From positions 213,342,001-213,406,000 of the forward strand of contig OX597815.1 in the NCBI GenBank assembly GCA_951406725.2: 64,000 nt of DNA, read 5' to 3'. This document shows, piece after piece, positions 63,836 through 64,000 of the stretch. The position numbers were made by a program, and so were the translations under genes. Below the pieces are notes generated by a model. The model was not told where the DNA came from. It saw only the letters and a list, made by a program, of their open reading frames with translations, and ran no database searches. Positions within the stretch are counted from its first letter, which is position 1, and every line of letters starts with the position of its first letter. This DNA is from Octopus vulgaris (taxonomy: Eukaryota).

Positions 63836-64000
63836 TATGGTCTTGGCAGTACATTCTCAGAATGCTCCTCCAGCATCTTTGGTAGAGAACATTTATGCTG
63901 ATCTTCTTTTTTTTTGTTTTTGAAATTACTATAGAAGGAGAGGAGTGACACATTGGAATCGCATTGGACTTCGGGGCACCACCAATCATCTTTCTTCTGC

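Overview
AT-rich, repeat-dense eukaryotic DNA. The SINE families and microsatellite load resemble an octopus (coleoid cephalopod) genome; this is inferred from recalled repeat sequences, not from a database search. Most ORF-track entries are microsatellite or SINE artefacts. One host gene is supported: a BNIP3/NIX-family mitophagy receptor on the minus strand, with four phase-consistent GT-AG coding exons (25566-25407, 12566-12515, 8716-8652, 7427-7281). They encode ...SWVEL(LIR)...NMEKLLMEAQQES...DWIWDWSSRPE...FKHP..LSVRNT...LLISHACSFVLGAAV. The first and last coding exons were not located. The introns and upstream region hold several tRNA-derived SINE families, non-autonomous Helitrons, a Helentron-like element, mariner/hAT/piggyBac-like MITEs, RTE and CR1-like LINE fragments and a tRNA-Asp pseudogene. 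The most notable signals are: (1) several Penelope-type minimal hammerhead ribozyme motifs, of which the two with intact cores lie in the sense orientation of the BNIP3 gene, one beside a ~140-bp-arm fold-back; (2) an RTE insertion with a twin-priming-style 5' inversion and a 12-bp target-site duplication; (3) a switch from CpG-depleted to CpG-retaining sequence near 41.5 kb, with HIF/FoxO-like motif clusters upstream.
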